NCBI GenBank assembly: GCA_036140815.1 | Contig: JAYZXX010000223.1 | Location: forward strand, 1 to 57,123 | Source: Bdellovibrionota bacterium | Lineage (GTDB): Bacteria; Bdellovibrionota; Bdellovibrionia; Bdellovibrionales; UBA840 | Reading direction: 5' to 3' | Length of the DNA stretch: 57,123 nucleotides | In this document: piece by piece, positions 53,422 through 57,123 of the stretch | Layout of the letters: the number at the start of each line of letters is the position of its first letter | How positions within the stretch are numbered: the stretch's first letter is position 1 | The notes under the pieces: model-generated | What the model saw: only the letters and a program-made list of their open reading frames with translations | Told to the model about the DNA's origin: nothing | Databases searched by the model: none | Position numbers and translations under genes: made by a program

Positions 53422-55863
53422 ATGAGGAATGTCTCGCTGTTAACACTTTTTCTTGTCCCCTTTTTAGCAGGTTGCTTTGTAAACGTTGACGAACGGCAAA
53501 CTGAGTTGGGAAAAAAGGAAGTTTTTATTTCCTTGAATAGTTCAAAAGAAAAACCAACTAAAACTAGGATAGAACTAAGCAAAGGAGAAACTTATCGGCT
53601 TTACCTGCTGCACGAGGTTAAGGGCAATATCAATGGGGAATGGACTGCAACTGGTAGTGGTATTACGGCTGTGGAAAGTGCGGATGGTAAATTTTTGGAT
53701 ATCTCTGTAAGTGAAGTGGGAATTGCACGATTGGTTGTTGAATCCAAATATGGTTCTGTCGATCTTACCTTAGATTTAGTACCCAATAAAGTTCCAAGTG
53801 TAGGCTTTCAAGATTCTGAGTTTAACACTACTACTTTGAGTGGCACTGTCAAAAACTTTGAATTGTCAGTGGATGATAAAGAAGAATCCGCAGCGCTTGA
53901 AGTATACCTAAAATCGAATTCTACAGGCGATTGCAGTGATGGTGATTTAATTCTCTCTGACTCTGAGTATAAAGCGAAGCGAAATTTCGATGTTGATACA
54001 ACAGCATTAACCGACGGAAGCTATTACCTTTGCATAAAGACAATGGATCCTAATGGCGATACGATTAGTTACTCATCACCTTTCTATATAGCAAAATCAG
54101 GTGTTTGCAATTGGCTTGGGCAAAAAGATAGTAATTGGAGCGATGCAGAGAATTGGGTCGGTTGTCCAGATGGTAGTGGCTTACCTCAATCAAGCGACGA
54201 GGTTTTGTTGTTGGCTCATGCTACAAATGACTTATCTATAACTGGAACAAAAGCTTTTTCTCGATTCTCTCTTGGTAAGGGAGGCGGTCGAGTAATCCTT
54301 CAAGAAGGTTCTGAACTAAGGATCACAGCTACAAACAATTTAGTACGCTCTGATGTGCACTTAGAGGGTGTAGATGATTGTGCTTCTTGTCGTTTTAATT
54401 CACCAACAGACGAAGCCCTTACGATAGTGGACGGAGCAACTTTGTCTATCGGTAAAAGGGTTGATTTTGATTTTAATGAGGTTTTAAATGTCGGGAGCTC
54501 ATCGACAGCAGGGCATTTAGTCATTGATGTCCCAGGGGCCTTGGAAGGCGACCGGCCCGGGGGCTTGCCAAGGATATGGGTTGAGGGACCTAGCCTCTCA
54601 AATAAAAGCTCTTTGTCCGCTAACGGCATAACTTCCTGGGTTAATTGGTGCTGCTACGGTCAAAACGAATATGGGGCAATATTGTTTATTAGGAATTATG
54701 ATGTTCGAGGATTGGATAATCTTACTTTTTATACCGGACAAGCTATTTACCAGGAATCAGCAATCCAACTCAGAAATTGCCATACGGCTAGCATTTCTGA
54801 TACTCACTGGGAGGGCTTAACCTTCTATAGTGGTGGGTCTCGCTGGGGAGATTCAATCAAGCTGCAAGACTGTAGCGGACTACCGGCTGGGAGTATTCGA
54901 GTGAGTGAAGTAGGTCCCAGAAATGGAAGCGTCATGGACTCCGATCCAAACAATATTCTAGATTGGACAGATGAAACCGCTACTAAATTTACCTGTTTAT
55001 TCAATGGTTCTGTGGATAGTAATTTTAGCAATGTGGCTAATTGGAGCAATTGCAATGATCGTTCAGGCTTGCCAGATGCCTTCGATGATATTGTTATACC
55101 AGATGGTTTGGAACTAGTTGTAGATGGTCCATTTATGGCTCGAGCTATTGCCAATAGCCCAGGTAATGCAAGTGTTAAAATTTTATCTGGTGGTTCCAGG
55201 TATTTGATTCTTCGAGATAGTGGGCCGGGACAGATTCGAAGTAATATTACTCTTAAAGCGGAATCACCAACTTGTACTTCCTGCAACTTATATATTGCAG
55301 GTCATTTAAATATACTTGGTGGTGAGCTGAACCTAGAGAGTGGGACACAGTTAAAAATGGGTGCTGATCGTAATATCTACGTTGGTAATGTAACAACTTA
55401 TGGCGCATTTAAGAGCATACATAGTTCAGGTAATAAGCCAATGATTGCGAAATATGGACAAGGCCTTACTTATTTTGGTACTACCATAGTGGGTGGGCCT
55501 AGTTCAACCCCATCAGTCATTGATTTTAGTGGCATAACCTATCAAGATAGTCCATGGGAATACGATATTTTTCAATTCAGCAATGCCTATAGAATTACGA
55601 ACTTTGATAATGTAACCTTAAATGCAGGTGGATCCTACAGAGATGCAAACGTTTTTAGTTTTCTTGATTGTACAGATGCTGATGTCGTTGATTTAGATTG
55701 GAAAAATATTTATTTTCAAAAAGGAACCTATGTTGCGCCCTTTAACTTTGATGTTAGCGGAACCAATTGTGACCTAATTTCGCCTATCAGTGTGCAAGGT
55801 TCAGGACCGGGTGCTGGTGCAGGCGATGAGAATGATCCTTTCAATAAAATCAATTGGTATTGA
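53422..55863 (+). CDS. Surface lipoprotein with Ig-like N-terminus and two tandem beta-helix-like modules
   Basis: Lipobox LAGC; duplicated starts CNWLGQKDSNWSDAENW..C..GLP / CLFNGSVDSNFSNVANWSNC..GLP and ends DPNNILDW / DPFNKINW. Confidence 0.75.
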   Translation: MRNVSLLTLFLVPFLAGCFVNVDERQTELGKKEVFISLNSSKEKPTKTRIELSKGETYRLYLLHEVKGNINGEWTATGSGITAVESADGKFLDISVSEVGIARLVVESKYGSVDLTLDLVPNKVPSVGFQDSEFNTTTLSGTVKNFELSVDDKEESAALEVYLKSNSTGDCSDGDLILSDSEYKAKRNFDVDTTALTDGSYYLCIKTMDPNGDTISYSSPFYIAKSGVCNWLGQKDSNWSDAENWVGCPDGSGLPQSSDEVLLLAHATNDLSITGTKAFSRFSLGKGGGRVILQEGSELRITATNNLVRSDVHLEGVDDCASCRFNSPTDEALTIVDGATLSIGKRVDFDFNEVLNVGSSSTAGHLVIDVPGALEGDRPGGLPRIWVEGPSLSNKSSLSANGITSWVNWCCYGQNEYGAILFIRNYDVRGLDNLTFYTGQAIYQESAIQLRNCHTASISDTHWEGLTFYSGGSRWGDSIKLQDCSGLPAGSIRVSEVGPRNGSVMDSDPNNILDWTDETATKFTCLFNGSVDSNFSNVANWSNCNDRSGLPDAFDDIVIPDGLELVVDGPFMARAIANSPGNASVKILSGGSRYLILRDSGPGQIRSNITLKAESPTCTSCNLYIAGHLNILGGELNLESGTQLKMGADRNIYVGNVTTYGAFKSIHSSGNKPMIAKYGQGLTYFGTTIVGGPSSTPSVIDFSGITYQDSPWEYDIFQFSNAYRITNFDNVTLNAGGSYRDANVFSFLDCTDADVVDLDWKNIYFQKGTYVAPFNFDVSGTNCDLISPISVQGSGPGAGAGDENDPFNKINWY

Positions 55864-55934
55864 AGTTTTTGAGTCGTTGCATGTTCCGAGGATAGTTAGG
55901 TCTGCCTAGGTAAAAAAATACTTTGTTAATAATA

Positions 55935-56601
55935 TTAGGTCATATATGGTTTTTTTTCTGTGATTTTAGGGTTCGTTTTAACTTTCTTTTTATTTCGGAG
56001 AAGCAAGAGCTTATTCTGTTTACAAAGTCTGTAGAGCTTTTTATGGTTCACACGAAAACCGAAGTCTCTTCTTAGATAATACTTAAGCTTCTGATAGCCC
56101 CCGCCATTGGAAAGCTCTGGACGCTCACGATACTTTTTTGAAGTAGCAATGATCACTTGGTCTGGAGTAATCGTCCGTTTGGGTTTTGGGTAAAACCAGG
56201 AATAGGTCTAACTGGGCCCCTAGCTTTATCAGATGGCTTTGCAGAGCCCTTCTTTTGGTAGTCGTTCCAAGTCGAACTAGGGGCTTCACAAAGCGACAGA
56301 ACTAGTCCGACTGGATATTTTTTATCAATGAATTCTTTTGCTATGAAAAACCGATCTTCTCTCGTCGATGGCTTTCTTTAAAAGGGCTTTCAAGATTTCT
56401 AGCTCTAAGTTAGATTCATACAATTCTTTTTCCAGTTGCTTTACTTTCCTCTTTTCCTTCTTTAGATCGCTTACAGGCTCAGCCTTCTTTAGCCAATGAC
56501 GGATACGATGAGCTGGTCGCAACGAAAGCAACATTATGAATCTCTTTTACTTCTTTTAGAATCTGAGCCTTAATCTCTTCTGTGTGTTTTGACTTAGTCA
56601 A
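55935..56601 (-). pseudogene. IS3 orfA and 5' orfB remnants, frameshifted
   Basis: AGGAGG plus TTG 56601: MTKSKHTEEIKAQILKEV; LELEILKALLKK; IAKEFIDKKYPVGLVL; GGYQKL..YLRR..GFRVNHKKLYRLCK. Confidence 0.85.
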
Positions 56602-56668
56602 TCTTGGACCTCCTAGGCTATTCTAACATAACAAATTGTCCGGAGTATGTAGGGGGCTGGATTGACTT

Positions 56669-56877
56669 TGGTTCATTGTAGAAACGAAGATCTATCAAGC
56701 CTAATCGTAAAACTACAAACTACAAAACTAATAAATGGAAGTTCAAAGCCGATAGAGTCTTTCACAAAAACTCTAATTATAAAGATAAAGCGCAATGATT
56801 CCGTAGTTTTTGGGGATTATGATCATCGTAGTTTTGATTGCGAGATTAGCCACAGAGAACTAAATCTACGTCTATGA
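56669..56877 (+). pseudogene. 3' part of the interrupted secreted-protein gene
   Basis: LVHCRNEDL...RELNLRL joins in frame to ...NPIDKA when the element and one CTT are removed. Confidence 0.55.
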
Positions 56878-57123
56878 TTTGTAGCGCTGAGATTAATAGC
56901 TTCAAAGGAAAATCAACTAATTCTGAGCGGGGCAACTGAAGAATATTAAATGTAAATCTTTATTGGTTCTCTTTATTTAGGGATGAACTGCGCTAACATA
57001 TAAAATATAATCTGGCCCCTTTAATTGCGGGTAAGCCTTGCTGACATAAAAAACTCATTAGGAGTTACTGGTTTATCTCGATCTGCTTTCTAGTTACTTA
57101 TTATTTATCTCAGCTAAATCAAA

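Larger units (their letters stand above)
53092..56665 (-). mobile_element. Decayed IS3-family element with an internal passenger gene
   Basis: Imperfect terminal IRs (CAACCCCCTAATTCCGGA vs CAGCCCCCTACATACTCCGGA), CTT on both flanks, orfA/orfB remnants at both ends. Confidence 0.72.

Noticed and set aside
53137-53582. ORFs 53137-53373 and 53370-53582 as real genes
   Set aside because: Only the last ~30 codons of the first are IS-derived; the second is antisense to the lipoprotein gene
57008-57035. TAATCTGGCCCCT resembling another IS3 end
   Set aside because: Short match with no transposase or partner IR visible before the window end

Overview
AT-rich bacterial chromosome segment. Gene content and protein style suggest Bdellovibrionota (a predatory Bdellovibrionales-like organism); this is an inference, not a search result. 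Housekeeping blocks: site-2 protease-trpS-scpA-scpB; iscS-mnmA-mtaB; System II cytochrome c maturation (resB/ccsA) followed by a lone astB; a six-gene alternative complex III operon (actABCDEF); a chemosensory operon (cheA-cheW-mcp-cheR/REC/cheB fusion); rsmI; thrS-infC with an AUA start and no rpmI-rplT after it. Accessory material: structured REP/REPIN-like repeats near 1-2.1 kb and 27.7-27.9 kb; an 11.6-kb island (22.4-34.0 kb) with two divergent, probably paralogous, 1250-1370 aa exported membrane proteins, an exported GT-B-like protein and a CPBP protease, the three exported proteins sharing a near-terminal C-x-x-[SA] motif; and a decayed IS3-family element (53092-56665) whose transposase core is replaced by an intact 813-aa lipoprotein gene and which splits a small secreted-protein gene. 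No rRNA, tRNA or CRISPR array was seen.
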